NCBI GenBank assembly: GCA_038998335.1
Contig: JAVZHQ010000001.1
Coordinates: 192,001 to 256,000, forward strand
Reading direction: 5' to 3'
Length of the DNA: 64,000 nt
Source: Candidatus Aenigmatarchaeota archaeon
Lineage (GTDB): Archaea; Aenigmatarchaeota; Aenigmatarchaeia; CG10238-14; SCSR01
Each line of letters starts with the position of its first letter. Position 1 is the stretch's first letter. Positions 29,218 through 38,373 of the stretch are shown here, in pieces. Position numbers and translations under genes: made by a program. The notes under the pieces are model-generated. The model had not been told where the DNA came from. It did not search any database and saw only the letters and a program-made list of their open reading frames with translations.

Positions 29218-29835
29218 ATGAAAGGATTATTTATAGTGTTCGAAGGAATTACCGGCTCTGGTAAAAAAACCCACATAAAACTTTTAGTAGAAAAACTGAA
29301 AGAAAAGGGGAAAGAAGTTACTGTAATTTCTTTTCCTAATTATGAAAGTGAAATAGCAAGATTTACAAAAAGAGCTGATTTAGACGCTTACACTCAATCT
29401 TTACTTTTTGCTGCTGATAGAAGTCTTTACCAGGAAAGGATTAAAGCTTTACTTGAAAAAGGAAACGTAATTCTTTGCGATAGATATTGTTACAGTAACT
29501 TTGCCTATCAAGCTGCTAAAGGCTTACCTTTAGGATGGCTTAAAGAAATAGAAAAACATACCATTAAGCCTGATATTGTTTTTTTGATTGATGTGCCAGT
29601 TGAAATTAGCATGAACAGAGTTAAACAGTTAAGCATTGAAGATTTCACTAAAAAGGAAATACTTGAAAGGTTGGAAAGGGAAAAAGACTTTCTGGAAAAA
29701 ATAAGGGAAATTTACTTGAGTTTAGCTGTAACTGATAAAGAAACTAAATGGTTTGTTATTAATGGTTCAGAAGATATTTCTGTTAATCATGAAAAAATTT
29801 GGAAAAAGGTAAAAGAAGAACTTAAAATTGAGTAG
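29218..29835 (+). CDS. tmk: thymidylate kinase
   Basis: 'FIVFEG..GSGK', 'LLFAADR', 'CDRY..SNFAYQ', 'PDIVFLID'. Confidence 0.88.
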   Translation: MKGLFIVFEGITGSGKKTHIKLLVEKLKEKGKEVTVISFPNYESEIARFTKRADLDAYTQSLLFAADRSLYQERIKALLEKGNVILCDRYCYSNFAYQAAKGLPLGWLKEIEKHTIKPDIVFLIDVPVEISMNRVKQLSIEDFTKKEILERLEREKDFLEKIREIYLSLAVTDKETKWFVINGSEDISVNHEKIWKKVKEELKIE

Positions 29836-29848
29836 AGTTTTTTTCAAC

Positions 29849-29868
29849 TTTGTTAGACGTCTAACAAA
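29849..29868. repeat. palindrome copy 3 (core TGTTAGACGTCTAACA 29851-29866; 20-bp perfect palindrome)
   Basis: TTTGTTAGACGTCTAACAAA. Confidence 0.95.
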
Positions 29869-29904
29869 AAATAAAATTTAAAAATAGAAAATTAATTTAC
29901 AATT

Positions 29905-30513
29905 ATGAAGCTTTTGACCTCGCCGGTCGAGGCTTTAAAGGAAGCAAAAACAAAAAAAAGTTTTGGTAAAACCATAGGAATATTAGTAATTTCAGCAATA
30001 CTTTTTGGTTTATCTGTAGCAATATTTCCTCTAGGATTTTCAACAACTCCTGTTAGGGCAGTACCAACCTTTTCTACAATGACCTTTGCTGTAATTTTTG
30101 TAGGTACGTTAATACTTGGTTTATTCTACGGCTATCTAGCAAAGTTAGTAATGAACATTCTTGGAGGTAAAGGGAAGTACTTCGAAGGTCTAACGACAAT
30201 AACCTACTCCATATTCCCCTTTTCTGTAGGTTTATTTATAGTAGCACTACTAAATTACGCGTTACTTCAAGTGCAGCAAATAGCCCAATATTATTTGGTA
30301 ACAATCTTTATCCAAGGGTTTATTCTATCGGTATTTACAGCACTCGGGTTAGCAGTATTTTACAAAGGACTTAACGAACTTTTCCAAGTGGATATGATAG
30401 CTGCATTGGTTGGTGCAGGAATACTTTTCTCAACACTTTGGATTGCATTTTATGGACTAATCTTTAGTTTGATGGGAGCTTTTATCCCGCTAGTTCCATC
30501 GATTAGACCATAA
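29905..30513 (+). CDS. YIP1-family 5-TM membrane protein
   Basis: 'LLTSPVEAL', 'LGGKGKY...ITYS..P', five hydrophobic helices. Confidence 0.75.
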   Translation: MKLLTSPVEALKEAKTKKSFGKTIGILVISAILFGLSVAIFPLGFSTTPVRAVPTFSTMTFAVIFVGTLILGLFYGYLAKLVMNILGGKGKYFEGLTTITYSIFPFSVGLFIVALLNYALLQVQQIAQYYLVTIFIQGFILSVFTALGLAVFYKGLNELFQVDMIAALVGAGILFSTLWIAFYGLIFSLMGAFIPLVPSIRP

Positions 30514-30571
30514 AATCGTAAGCTAATTTTTCCTTTTTCTTTTTTTCAAAAATTTTTAAAGAGTTTTTTTA

Positions 30572-30589
30572 ATGTTAGACGTCTAACAT
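30572..30589. repeat. palindrome copy 4 (core 30573-30588; 18-bp perfect palindrome)
   Basis: ATGTTAGACGTCTAACAT, flanked by a T-run and an A-run. Confidence 0.95.
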
Positions 30590-30639
30590 GGAAAAAAATT
30601 TAAGAATTAAAACTTTTAAAAGAAATTTATTTTAAGGAT

Positions 30640-30714
30640 GCCCCCTTCGTCTAGTCCGGCTAAGGATACGAGCCTTTCGAGCTCGGGACACGGGTTCAAA
30701 TCCCGTAGGGGGCA
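30640..30714 (+). tRNA. tRNA-Glu(TTC)
   Basis: Anticodon arm CGAGC-CT-TTC-GA-GCTCG. Confidence 0.96.
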
Positions 30715-30777
30715 TGTCCTTTTCAATTTTATCGAATTGTTAAAAAGATTAAAAAAGAAAAATAAAATTTATTATAG

Positions 30778-31110
30778 GTGAGAGAAATGGGTGCACCAAC
30801 TTTGTATGTAGTAGATGTGATAAAAAACATTTTATCTTATATTAGCAAGTTAATTCCAAAATCTAAAGTAAGAGTTAACGAGCTTGGAAGAGGCGAAATA
30901 TTTTACAAACCAATTATTGGAGAGGAGAGAAAACTTGTAGAAGTTTACGGGACTTCAGAAAGAAGAGGAGAAAGTGTCGGGAATCATCGAATAGTAGTTG
31001 ATTTTAAAGATCCATCTTTGAAAGAAGATCCAAAACTTATGGAGTTTCTCTATAAGCAAAAAAAGGAGATTTCTGAGCAGAAAGAGCCTATAGAACTTGT
31101 AATAAAATAG
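30778..31110 (+). CDS. hypothetical protein
   Basis: 110-aa ORF; AGGTGA SD precedes ATG 30787. Confidence 0.65.
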   Translation: MREMGAPTLYVVDVIKNILSYISKLIPKSKVRVNELGRGEIFYKPIIGEERKLVEVYGTSERRGESVGNHRIVVDFKDPSLKEDPKLMEFLYKQKKEISEQKEPIELVIK

Positions 31111-31122
31111 TCAAGTTAAAAT

Positions 31123-31641
31123 TTACCATTTTTCATAATGAACTTTCTTTTTTTCAAATTCTTTTTCTGTATGTTCAGGTTTTTTCTCCGCAGGATAACC
31201 TATAGGCATTAAACCAAGAATTCTTACGCTTTTTGGTGCTTTTATAACTTCTCTAACATATTCTTCACTATCTCTCAAAAAAACAGTTTTCCCTCCCATA
31301 ATTTGGCAGAAACAAGTACCCAAGCCTTGGTTTGTGGCTTCAAGATAAATGTTTTCAGCAGCTATAGCACAATCTTCAACCCAAAATTTTGAAAGAATTC
31401 CAGACTTAGCAGCGATGACTAAAACAACTGGAGCATCCTTAACAAAATAGCAAAAAGGTGTAGCTTTTGATAATTTTTCTTTCGTTTCTTTATCCTTAAC
31501 GACAATAAATTCCCAAGGTCTTCTGTGCATGGCAGACGGAGCATACATAGCAGCCTTTAAAATTTCTTCCAGCTTTTCTTTTTCAACTTCTTTTTTCTGG
31601 AACTTTCTTATGCTTCTTCTTTTTTTGATAACTTCTAGCAT
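31123..31641 (-). CDS. nitroreductase family protein
   Basis: 'RRSIRKF', 'APSA..RPWEFIVV', 'GLGTC', 'IGYP'. Confidence 0.93.
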   Translation of the reverse strand: MLEVIKKRRSIRKFQKKEVEKEKLEEILKAAMYAPSAMHRRPWEFIVVKDKETKEKLSKATPFCYFVKDAPVVLVIAAKSGILSKFWVEDCAIAAENIYLEATNQGLGTCFCQIMGGKTVFLRDSEEYVREVIKAPKSVRILGLMPIGYPAEKKPEHTEKEFEKKKVHYEKW

Positions 31642-31787
31642 AAAATTAAATTACCCCTCAAAATTTAATACTTACAATTTTTTAATTTCAGTCTTTTTCT
31701 GGTAATATTGCGTCCTAATTTTATAAGAAATATCAGGAGTTTAACATCAAATTTTTAAGCTTCAATTTTTTAAGAATTATTGAGATT

Positions 31788-32168
31788 ATGCCTTTTGTTT
31801 ACGTTCCTCTTAAAACTTTTCCACGAAGCTTAGAAGAAGCAAAAAAGGAATTAGAAAAGCTCTACGAATGTTTCAAGAATTTCATGAGTAAAGACTTTGA
31901 TTTTATTTCCTGGTTTGAAAACGATTTTGAAAAAGACATCAAAAGCTTAGAGAGTATAAGTGAAAAAATTTCTACCCTTACTAAAGAGGGAAAAATTCTC
32001 GGAAGACTTGAATACGTAAGAAGAGAGGCCAGAAAACTTCAAGAAGAAAGAGCCAGACTAATCCTAGGCAACTATTATTCTATTTACTATTCGAGGGCTA
32101 AGGAAGTTTTTACTGCTTTTTACAATCTTTTAGATTACTTAAAAGATTTGTTTCAACTTAAAACTTGA
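31788..32168 (+). CDS. hypothetical helical protein
   Basis: 126-aa ORF. Confidence 0.6.
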   Translation: MPFVYVPLKTFPRSLEEAKKELEKLYECFKNFMSKDFDFISWFENDFEKDIKSLESISEKISTLTKEGKILGRLEYVRREARKLQEERARLILGNYYSIYYSRAKEVFTAFYNLLDYLKDLFQLKT

Positions 32169-32247
32169 ATTATATCTTTTGATTCAAAAAATTTTAAATA
32201 CTTGTTCTTGAATTATTTTTAAATATCGAAGGAGGAAAATCGCTTAG

Positions 32248-32403
32248 ATGACTGAAGTTATAAAAAGTTATTTTAGGGAAATGAGCGATTCTCTGATAGA
32301 AATCGACTATTCCTGGAATGAAATTTACAGAAAGACTAATCCCTACTCTTACGACGCGCTAGCTTTTTCCCTCGAAAATTTGGATAAGATGTTTCAGCAA
32401 TAA
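32248..32403 (+). CDS. possible small protein (51 aa), absent from the ORF track
   Basis: MTEVIKSYFREMSDSLIEIDYSWNEIYRKTNPYSYDALAFSLENLDKMFQQ; GGAGG at 32231-32235; fills the intergenic gap. Confidence 0.4.
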   Translation: MTEVIKSYFREMSDSLIEIDYSWNEIYRKTNPYSYDALAFSLENLDKMFQQ

Positions 32404-32861
32404 TGCTTGCTAACTTGCTCAGGAGCTATCTCACAAGCCACAGAAAGAACTTGAAAACTCTTATCTATAGTAAACTCTTTCAAACAGACAGTTAAATTTT
32501 CATAGTTGAAACAGAATATTTCAAAAGGCATTATAGCTCCTCTACAATTAAAAACGCTTTCAGTTTTCTTGCACACAAAATTGGAAAAATAACATACGCT
32601 ATAATTTTCGGAAATTTTTTCATAACCTATGGGAAAGCCAGAATCCAAACCAGCGTTAGGAAATGTTTCTGTATATTCTTTTGCTTTTCTAGACAAGAAA
32701 GCTTTAATTTCTTTCTCAATAACACAACCCTTCCTTTCTTCTCTTCGAAGATTTAATAAATGAGGATTAAGAGCTATCAACCCAACTACCACAAAAATAG
32801 AAATAAGTAGAAGCATAGACTTCAAACTTCCTTTAAAAATTTTATTCACCCTTAAGAGCAA
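32394..32861 (-). CDS. membrane-anchored Cys-containing exported protein
   Basis: N-terminal TM helix followed by several Cys. Confidence 0.6.
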   Translation of the reverse strand: MLLRVNKIFKGSLKSMLLLISIFVVVGLIALNPHLLNLRREERKGCVIEKEIKAFLSRKAKEYTETFPNAGLDSGFPIGYEKISENYSVCYFSNFVCKKTESVFNCRGAIMPFEIFCFNYENLTVCLKEFTIDKSFQVLSVACEIAPEQVSKHYC

Positions 32862-33175
32862 TTAACTTGAAAAGATGTTTTTGCGTTAGTGCAAATAACG
32901 TCGCCAAACCCTAAGTAATAATACTTGTAATCGTAGCCAAAACCATAAAGAGTTTTTGTGCAGCACTTAAGCCTTGCATAATTTTGTAGCAAAACATCAT
33001 ATTTTTCTTGTAAATCTTTAATCTTTGCTTCACAATCTTGAGTAGAAACTCTTGCAAACTGCCCTGAAAAGCTTATACCAGTTATAAAACTCAAGAGAAA
33101 AATCGAAACAAAGACCGAAGCAAGTAAAACATTATTTCTTTTTCTTTTTATAACTGGAGCAGGTATTTCCATCAC
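32852..33175 (-). CDS. membrane-anchored coiled-coil/Cys protein
   Basis: TM helix, short coiled coil, 'CC...C...C'. Confidence 0.6.
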   Translation of the reverse strand: MMEIPAPVIKRKRNNVLLASVFVSIFLLSFITGISFSGQFARVSTQDCEAKIKDLQEKYDVLLQNYARLKCCTKTLYGFGYDYKYYYLGFGDVICTNAKTSFQVNCS

Positions 33176-33204
33176 TTTTTTGTTGGTTTGTCAATCTTAA
33201 ATAT

Positions 33205-33687
33205 TTAAGCCAAAGGGCTAAAAGTTGAGATTAAGTCACCAACGTAATGAGTAATCATAACAACTATAATAGTAATCAACAAGTGCTCCAAAATTACTGG
33301 TAATGGTTTTGTTCTTTGCTGTTTTGCCATATAAAAACTAAAAGATGCTATCAACGACAAACCCCAACAAACACTAACAAGTATAGCTTCTTGCAACTCA
33401 AAAATTAAAACAGGAAGTATAAAAGTAGAGGCAAAAAATAATTTTGACAGAAAAGTTGATAGTGTAGCTAGCCAAATCTCTTTTGGTTTACGCTTCTTTT
33501 CTGATTCTTCTGATATATGCATACCTATAGCATCAGAGAAAGCATCAGCTATAGCAATAGCAAGGATTCCACCGATAACAGCTATCCTAGAATGGGTGCT
33601 TGAGTGTAAGCCTACCATTAAGCCGAGAGTCGTTATTATGCCAGAAGTTAAACCAAAACTAAACCCTCTTCTTACCGATGTTTCCAT
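33205..33687 (-). CDS. VIT1/CCC1-like membrane protein
   Basis: 'FGLTSGIITTLG...AIADAFSDAIGMHISEE'. Confidence 0.8.
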   Translation of the reverse strand: METSVRRGFSFGLTSGIITTLGLMVGLHSSTHSRIAVIGGILAIAIADAFSDAIGMHISEESEKKRKPKEIWLATLSTFLSKLFFASTFILPVLIFELQEAILVSVCWGLSLIASFSFYMAKQQRTKPLPVILEHLLITIIVVMITHYVGDLISTFSPLA

Positions 33688-33741
33688 AGTTTTAATTTAG
33701 TAAGGATTAAATTTAAAGTAAACCAATAAATTATTGAGAAA

Positions 33742-33993
33742 ATGTTTATTTTTTCGATATTTGGAAAGATTTTCAAGAAGAAAGAGTCAGAGAAAGAAGA
33801 AGAGAGCAAAGAAAGTAAAGAGGCTGAAGAAGAATTTCAAAAAATTGAACCTAAGGATACTTCTTTAAGAAATGTTCCAATAGAAAAAGAAGAAAAGGAA
33901 ATGTTAAAATCCGAGCTTAAACCTGGACCTTTAACGGAAAAATTCTTTGACCTTGCTCCAGTGAGAGAAAAAAAGAAAGAAGAAAAAGAGTAA
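33742..33993 (+). CDS. hypothetical charged protein
   Basis: E/K-rich 83-aa ORF. Confidence 0.55.
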   Translation: MFIFSIFGKIFKKKESEKEEESKESKEAEEEFQKIEPKDTSLRNVPIEKEEKEMLKSELKPGPLTEKFFDLAPVREKKKEEKE

Positions 33994-34024
33994 TCAAAAA
34001 TTACATAAAAAACTAAATTATATT

Positions 34025-35005
34025 ATGGCCAAATGGTTAATTTTACTCGTTCTTATCCTAATTCTTTCTTATCTTTTTCTAGAACTTCTTAAAAGTTTTC
34101 AAGGTTTTGAATGGTTTTGTATAAACTGTGAAAACATTTCTGAAGCTGTTTTTGAGAATTTTACCTTTTCTAACCTAAGCAGTATAGAAACTTCTGCTTT
34201 TGCGCCTCTACTTTATGAGAATATAAGATGGAATCATATGCCTTTGAAAGTTTACTTGAACGTTAGTAGTGGTTTAAGCTTGCCCCAGTTTAGTGTTTCA
34301 AACATCGAAAACGTAAGAGAGGCTATGCAAAGATGGGAAAACGCAACTAACAAATTGATTACTTTTGTTGAAGTGACAAAGGCTGAAGAAAGTGATATTA
34401 TAGTAAACTGGGTTAAAACTTTTGAAGCTGGAGGGAAAAAAATTTTAGGTGAAGGCGGGCCTGTTGTTAGGGATACAGGCTTGTTTAATTTAACAATAAG
34501 GGGTGAAATCTATCTTTTAGTTCAAAGAATTAAGTGCTTGGATATAACAACAGCCACTCATGAGCTTGGTCATGTTTTAGGTTTTGACCACTCAAAAAAC
34601 TTTCAGGATATAATGTACCCTACTGCTGACTGCTCTCAAAGAATAAGTGAAGCAGAGGTTAAAACCCTTTTTGAGCTTTATAAAGTTCCGCCCAAGCCAG
34701 AGTTATACTTTCTAAACGCTTCAGTTAAAAAACCAGGAAAGTATTTAAACTTAGAGTTTGCAGTTAAGAATTCTGGTTTAATAACCTCTTTAAAAACTTC
34801 TGTAGACTTAGTTCTTGACAATAAAACAGTAAGGAGTTTTGATTTGCCAAAACTTGAGCCAGGAGAGACTATCGTAATAAGAATTAGTAACATAATGATT
34901 CCAAGCTTTAAGGTTTTACAGCTTTTTGTTGACTCAAAGAATAGTAATGACGAAATTTATGAGGATAATAATTTCGTAACTTTGGTGAGACTTGAACAAG
35001 CTTAA
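34025..35005 (+). CDS. matrixin (M10-like) zinc metalloprotease with CARDB domain
   Basis: HELGHVLGFDH plus Met-turn 'IMYP'; C-terminal 'VDSKN..DE..EDNN'; signal anchor. Confidence 0.9.
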   Translation: MAKWLILLVLILILSYLFLELLKSFQGFEWFCINCENISEAVFENFTFSNLSSIETSAFAPLLYENIRWNHMPLKVYLNVSSGLSLPQFSVSNIENVREAMQRWENATNKLITFVEVTKAEESDIIVNWVKTFEAGGKKILGEGGPVVRDTGLFNLTIRGEIYLLVQRIKCLDITTATHELGHVLGFDHSKNFQDIMYPTADCSQRISEAEVKTLFELYKVPPKPELYFLNASVKKPGKYLNLEFAVKNSGLITSLKTSVDLVLDNKTVRSFDLPKLEPGETIVIRISNIMIPSFKVLQLFVDSKNSNDEIYEDNNFVTLVRLEQA

Positions 35006-35252
35006 ATCTTTTTCTACTACTTCTTTAAGTATGGGAGAAGATTTAAAATACCAAATACTTTCTAAACTTGCTTCCTCAAAAAATGGTCTTTATCTTTCCC
35101 AGTTTTACGATAAAAATTATGATTTCCTAGACTTCTTCAAAGTGCTCATGAGTTTATACAACGAAAAACTTGTAGAAAGAAATAAAGTTACGAGAAAATA
35201 TGAAATAACTTCAAAAGGCTTGGAAGAATTTAAAAAGATAAAGCAAGCTTAA
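34992..35252 (+). CDS. small winged-helix-like protein
   Basis: 'LVER....KYEITSKG' wing; the start may be ATG 35031. Confidence 0.6.
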   Translation: MNKLKSFSTTSLSMGEDLKYQILSKLASSKNGLYLSQFYDKNYDFLDFFKVLMSLYNEKLVERNKVTRKYEITSKGLEEFKKIKQA

Positions 35253-35278
35253 ATTTTTTAACTACGATTCAATAATAA

Positions 35279-36145
35279 ATGAAGGAAAGGAGCTTCCTCA
35301 CAGAATCTAGCAAATTTGAAGAAGCAGACATAGTGATATTTGGAGTTCCCTTAGGGAAAGATGCTAAAAAAATTTTAACCTTTTTAAGAGAAACTAGCTG
35401 GTTTGTTGAATTTTTTGACGTAGATAAAAAAAGAAATTTGATAGAAAAAGTTAAATTTTATGATGCTGGCGACGTTCAACTAACAAGCGAGAATGATATT
35501 GTAGTTAAAACAAAAGAAATACTTGAAAGTAAAAAAATCCCTTTGATTCTTGGAAAATCCCATTTGTTAACTTTGTTTGCTCTAAGAGCTTTTGATAACG
35601 TGAAAGTTGTAAGTTTTGACGCTCATGCAGACATTAAAAATGAATACTATGACGAAAAAATTTCTCAGTCAACAGAACCTTTAAGAATAAAAGAGCAAGC
35701 GAGATACAATTGCACAACTTGGCTAAGAAGAGCTTTTGAGGAAGGTAAGAAAGATATAGCTATTGTAGGTTTAAGGTCTTGTGATGAAGATGATTTCTCT
35801 TTTATAGAAAAAAATAAAATTTTAGCTTTCTCGCCAAATAAAATAAAAAAAGACTTTTACGAGAAAAAAAGGATAAAAGAAAATCTTAAAAAATTTGTTA
35901 GGGATTCGAAAGTTTATTTAAGCATAGATATAGATGTTTTCGACCCAAGCATTGCCCCTGCTGTTGAGCATCCTGAACCAAATGGTTTACTACTCCCTGA
36001 GTTTTTGGAACTATTAGAAATTTTTAAAGGAAAAATTGTAGGTTTTGACTTGGTTGAAATAGCTTTTTGCGAGAAAAAACTTATGGAAATAACAGAATTC
36101 TTAGCTACTAGAGTTATTCTTGAAGTTCTGTCCAGAATTAAGTAA
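35279..36145 (+). CDS. speB: agmatinase / ureohydrolase family
   Basis: 'FDAHAD', 'GLRS', 'SIDIDVFDP', 'PNG', 'DLVE'. Confidence 0.82.
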   Translation: MKERSFLTESSKFEEADIVIFGVPLGKDAKKILTFLRETSWFVEFFDVDKKRNLIEKVKFYDAGDVQLTSENDIVVKTKEILESKKIPLILGKSHLLTLFALRAFDNVKVVSFDAHADIKNEYYDEKISQSTEPLRIKEQARYNCTTWLRRAFEEGKKDIAIVGLRSCDEDDFSFIEKNKILAFSPNKIKKDFYEKKRIKENLKKFVRDSKVYLSIDIDVFDPSIAPAVEHPEPNGLLLPEFLELLEIFKGKIVGFDLVEIAFCEKKLMEITEFLATRVILEVLSRIK

Positions 36146-36967
36146 GTTTAAGTAGGCTTCCCTTATTCCTCTAAACCCAAGATTTTTTGCTTGCAACTTT
36201 GTGAAGTATTTTCTTCCAAGCTTTTCTATTCCTTTGTGAATTCCTGAGCTGTACTGAAAAGATTTCTTGACTTTGAAAGCAATTTCTTTTGGTACACCAA
36301 GCTCAAAAGCAATTTCTCTGGTTATATGCTTTCTTAAGTTATCTTCTGGGCTTTTAATTTTAAGCTGAAGAGGAACTTTTTTTGCAAAATTTATGAAATT
36401 TTGGTCAAGAAAAGGTTCTGAGTAGCTTATTCCAAAAAAACTTGCAATTTTCCTTACAGCTTCTTGGTTTTCAAAAGCTTTTTCTAAGGTTCTTTCCATA
36501 AACTCAAAAAAGGCATCTTCGCTTATTTTTAAAAACTTGCAAAATCTTTTATAACCGCAAAACAATTCATCTAAACCGTTAGCGCTTAGAACAACTTTTA
36601 TATTATTTTCTTTCGCAAGCATAAAGGTGAAATAAAAACCGACTCTAATTTCTAAGTCAACCAAGGTTTTGGGTTTTGTGAGTGAAATTACTTTTTTAAT
36701 CCCTTCTTCCAACTCTTCTAAACTTAAGGGTTTAGTATAATGAGGAAGATTTAAAGCCTGACTCGAGATTTTTGAATTTTTTAAATCGAAAGAATTTTCT
36801 AAACCAACGGTTAAAAGCTTAACCTTTTTCCCTAGCCTCTCACAAGCTTTCGCAAGCAAAGAGCTATCACAACCACCAGAAAATGCAATTCCAACTTCTT
36901 TTTTTCTACAATTTCTTTCTATGGTTGAAAAAATTTCTTCAATTAATTTTTGCTTTATTTCTTCCAT
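36101..36967 (-). CDS. asparagine synthase C-terminal-domain protein (no glutaminase domain)
   Basis: 'AFSGGCDSS', 'GLDELFCGY', 'PFLD', 'KKSFQYSSG'. Confidence 0.85.
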   Translation of the reverse strand: MEEIKQKLIEEIFSTIERNCRKKEVGIAFSGGCDSSLLAKACERLGKKVKLLTVGLENSFDLKNSKISSQALNLPHYTKPLSLEELEEGIKKVISLTKPKTLVDLEIRVGFYFTFMLAKENNIKVVLSANGLDELFCGYKRFCKFLKISEDAFFEFMERTLEKAFENQEAVRKIASFFGISYSEPFLDQNFINFAKKVPLQLKIKSPEDNLRKHITREIAFELGVPKEIAFKVKKSFQYSSGIHKGIEKLGRKYFTKLQAKNLGFRGIREAYLNLLNSGQNFKNNSSS

Positions 36968-37018
36968 AATTTTAAATATTAAGGTAATTAAAAGTTTAAG
37001 TTGAATTATTTAATAGAA

Positions 37019-37104
37019 GCAGGGGTCGCCTAGCCTGGTCAAGGGCGCAGGCCTGAGGCGCCTGTGGCTTAGTGCCTTCCTGGGTTCAAATCCCAGCCCC
37101 TGCA
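37019..37104 (+). tRNA. tRNA-Leu(GAG)
   Basis: Anticodon arm CAGGC-CT-GAG-GC-GCCTG; long variable arm. Confidence 0.95.
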
Positions 37105-37214
37105 CTAGATTCTATTCCCATGCACTTGACAGGATTTATCATAAACTCTAAATTATACAAGGAAAGATGGCATCTATTAGTAGACTTAAATCTTTTTCTA
37201 ACTATATTTTTACC

Positions 37215-38357
37215 ATGAGAATAAAATATTCTGATTTTGTTGATTATAGAAAACTAGACCCTGTTAAAAAAATGGCTTTAGAAATTTTTGAACCAACTCT
37301 AAAATATCCTGAAAGATTAGGATTAAGACTACTACCAGAAAGTTTAGGGCAGACAGCTCCTATTTTTGAGCCTGTTGGAATAAAAGATTCAGATTTTTTG
37401 ATAGTAGGTCCAAACGTAGAAGGACTTGGAACAAAAAACTTAGTTGCAGATTGCATGTACAATGAAATTGTTGAGAAAAAAAGGATTGCAGAAAATTTGG
37501 ATGTTAAAAAATTGTATAGATGTATAGGACAAGATACAGCTGCTATGTCAGTTAACGATGTTTTGGCCGTTGGTGCAGACCCATACGTTTACTGTGATAT
37601 AATTGCATGTGGAAAAGCATCATGGTTTGATGACCTTGAAAGAACAAGAGAATTGCTGTTAGGATACAGACAGGCTGCTGATATAGGACAGTTTGCAATT
37701 CCTCAAGGTGAAACTCCTGAACTACCTGGAATAGTAAACTCTGAAACTTTGGATTTGGCTGGAGCTTCTTGCGGGCTAGTAAGACCAAAGAGCAGATACA
37801 TTACTGGAGAAAAAATAGAGGAAGGGGATATAATTTATGGACTTGCAAGTAGTGGGATTCATGCTAATGGTTTGAGCAAGGCAAGAAAGATTGCAGAAAA
37901 ACTTCCTGAAGGTTTCTTTACAGAGCTATCTAACGGAAAAACCTTAGGTGAAGAACTTTTAACTCCTACTCACATTTACTCTAGGTTAGTAATGGAATTG
38001 TTTGAATTTATAGATATTCACTTTTTACAGCCAATAACTGGGCATGGATGGAAAAAAATTATGAGGGTAAGAAAACCTTTTACCTATGTGATAGAGAATG
38101 TTCCAGAGCCATCTTTAATCTTTCAGGAATTAATTGAGTTTGGGAAAAAATATGGTTTTGATGTTTCTGATTTTGAAAATTATCAAGTATGGAATATGGG
38201 CGTTGGATATATTATCATAGGGCCTAAATTTGATGTAGATGCTGTAAGAAAAGTAGTTAGAAGAAATTCTAATATAGAAGTCTACGAGTTGGGCTATGTA
38301 AAAAAAGGAGAAAAGCAAGTAATAATAAAACCAAAAAATATTGTGTATAAGGATTAA
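37215..38357 (+). CDS. purM: phosphoribosylaminoimidazole (AIR) synthetase
   Basis: 'EGLGTK', 'AMSVND', 'GETPELPG', 'SSGIHANG', 'LLTPTHIY', 'ITGHG', 'WNMGVG'. Confidence 0.9.
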   Translation: MRIKYSDFVDYRKLDPVKKMALEIFEPTLKYPERLGLRLLPESLGQTAPIFEPVGIKDSDFLIVGPNVEGLGTKNLVADCMYNEIVEKKRIAENLDVKKLYRCIGQDTAAMSVNDVLAVGADPYVYCDIIACGKASWFDDLERTRELLLGYRQAADIGQFAIPQGETPELPGIVNSETLDLAGASCGLVRPKSRYITGEKIEEGDIIYGLASSGIHANGLSKARKIAEKLPEGFFTELSNGKTLGEELLTPTHIYSRLVMELFEFIDIHFLQPITGHGWKKIMRVRKPFTYVIENVPEPSLIFQELIEFGKKYGFDVSDFENYQVWNMGVGYIIIGPKFDVDAVRKVVRRNSNIEVYELGYVKKGEKQVIIKPKNIVYKD

Positions 38358-38373
38358 AAATTTAGGTGATAAA

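Noticed and set aside
30189-30195. Half-site GTCTAAC inside the YIP1 CDS (also near 53910)
   Set aside because: 7-mers in coding sequence are expected by chance.
15421-30588. Palindrome copies as a CRISPR array
   Set aside because: Spacing is 0.7-12.7 kb with whole genes between copies; no spacer-length periodicity and no cas genes.
36101-36967. Asparagine synthase as a truncated pseudogene
   Set aside because: The ORF is intact with its own start; stand-alone synthetase-domain proteins are known in archaea.
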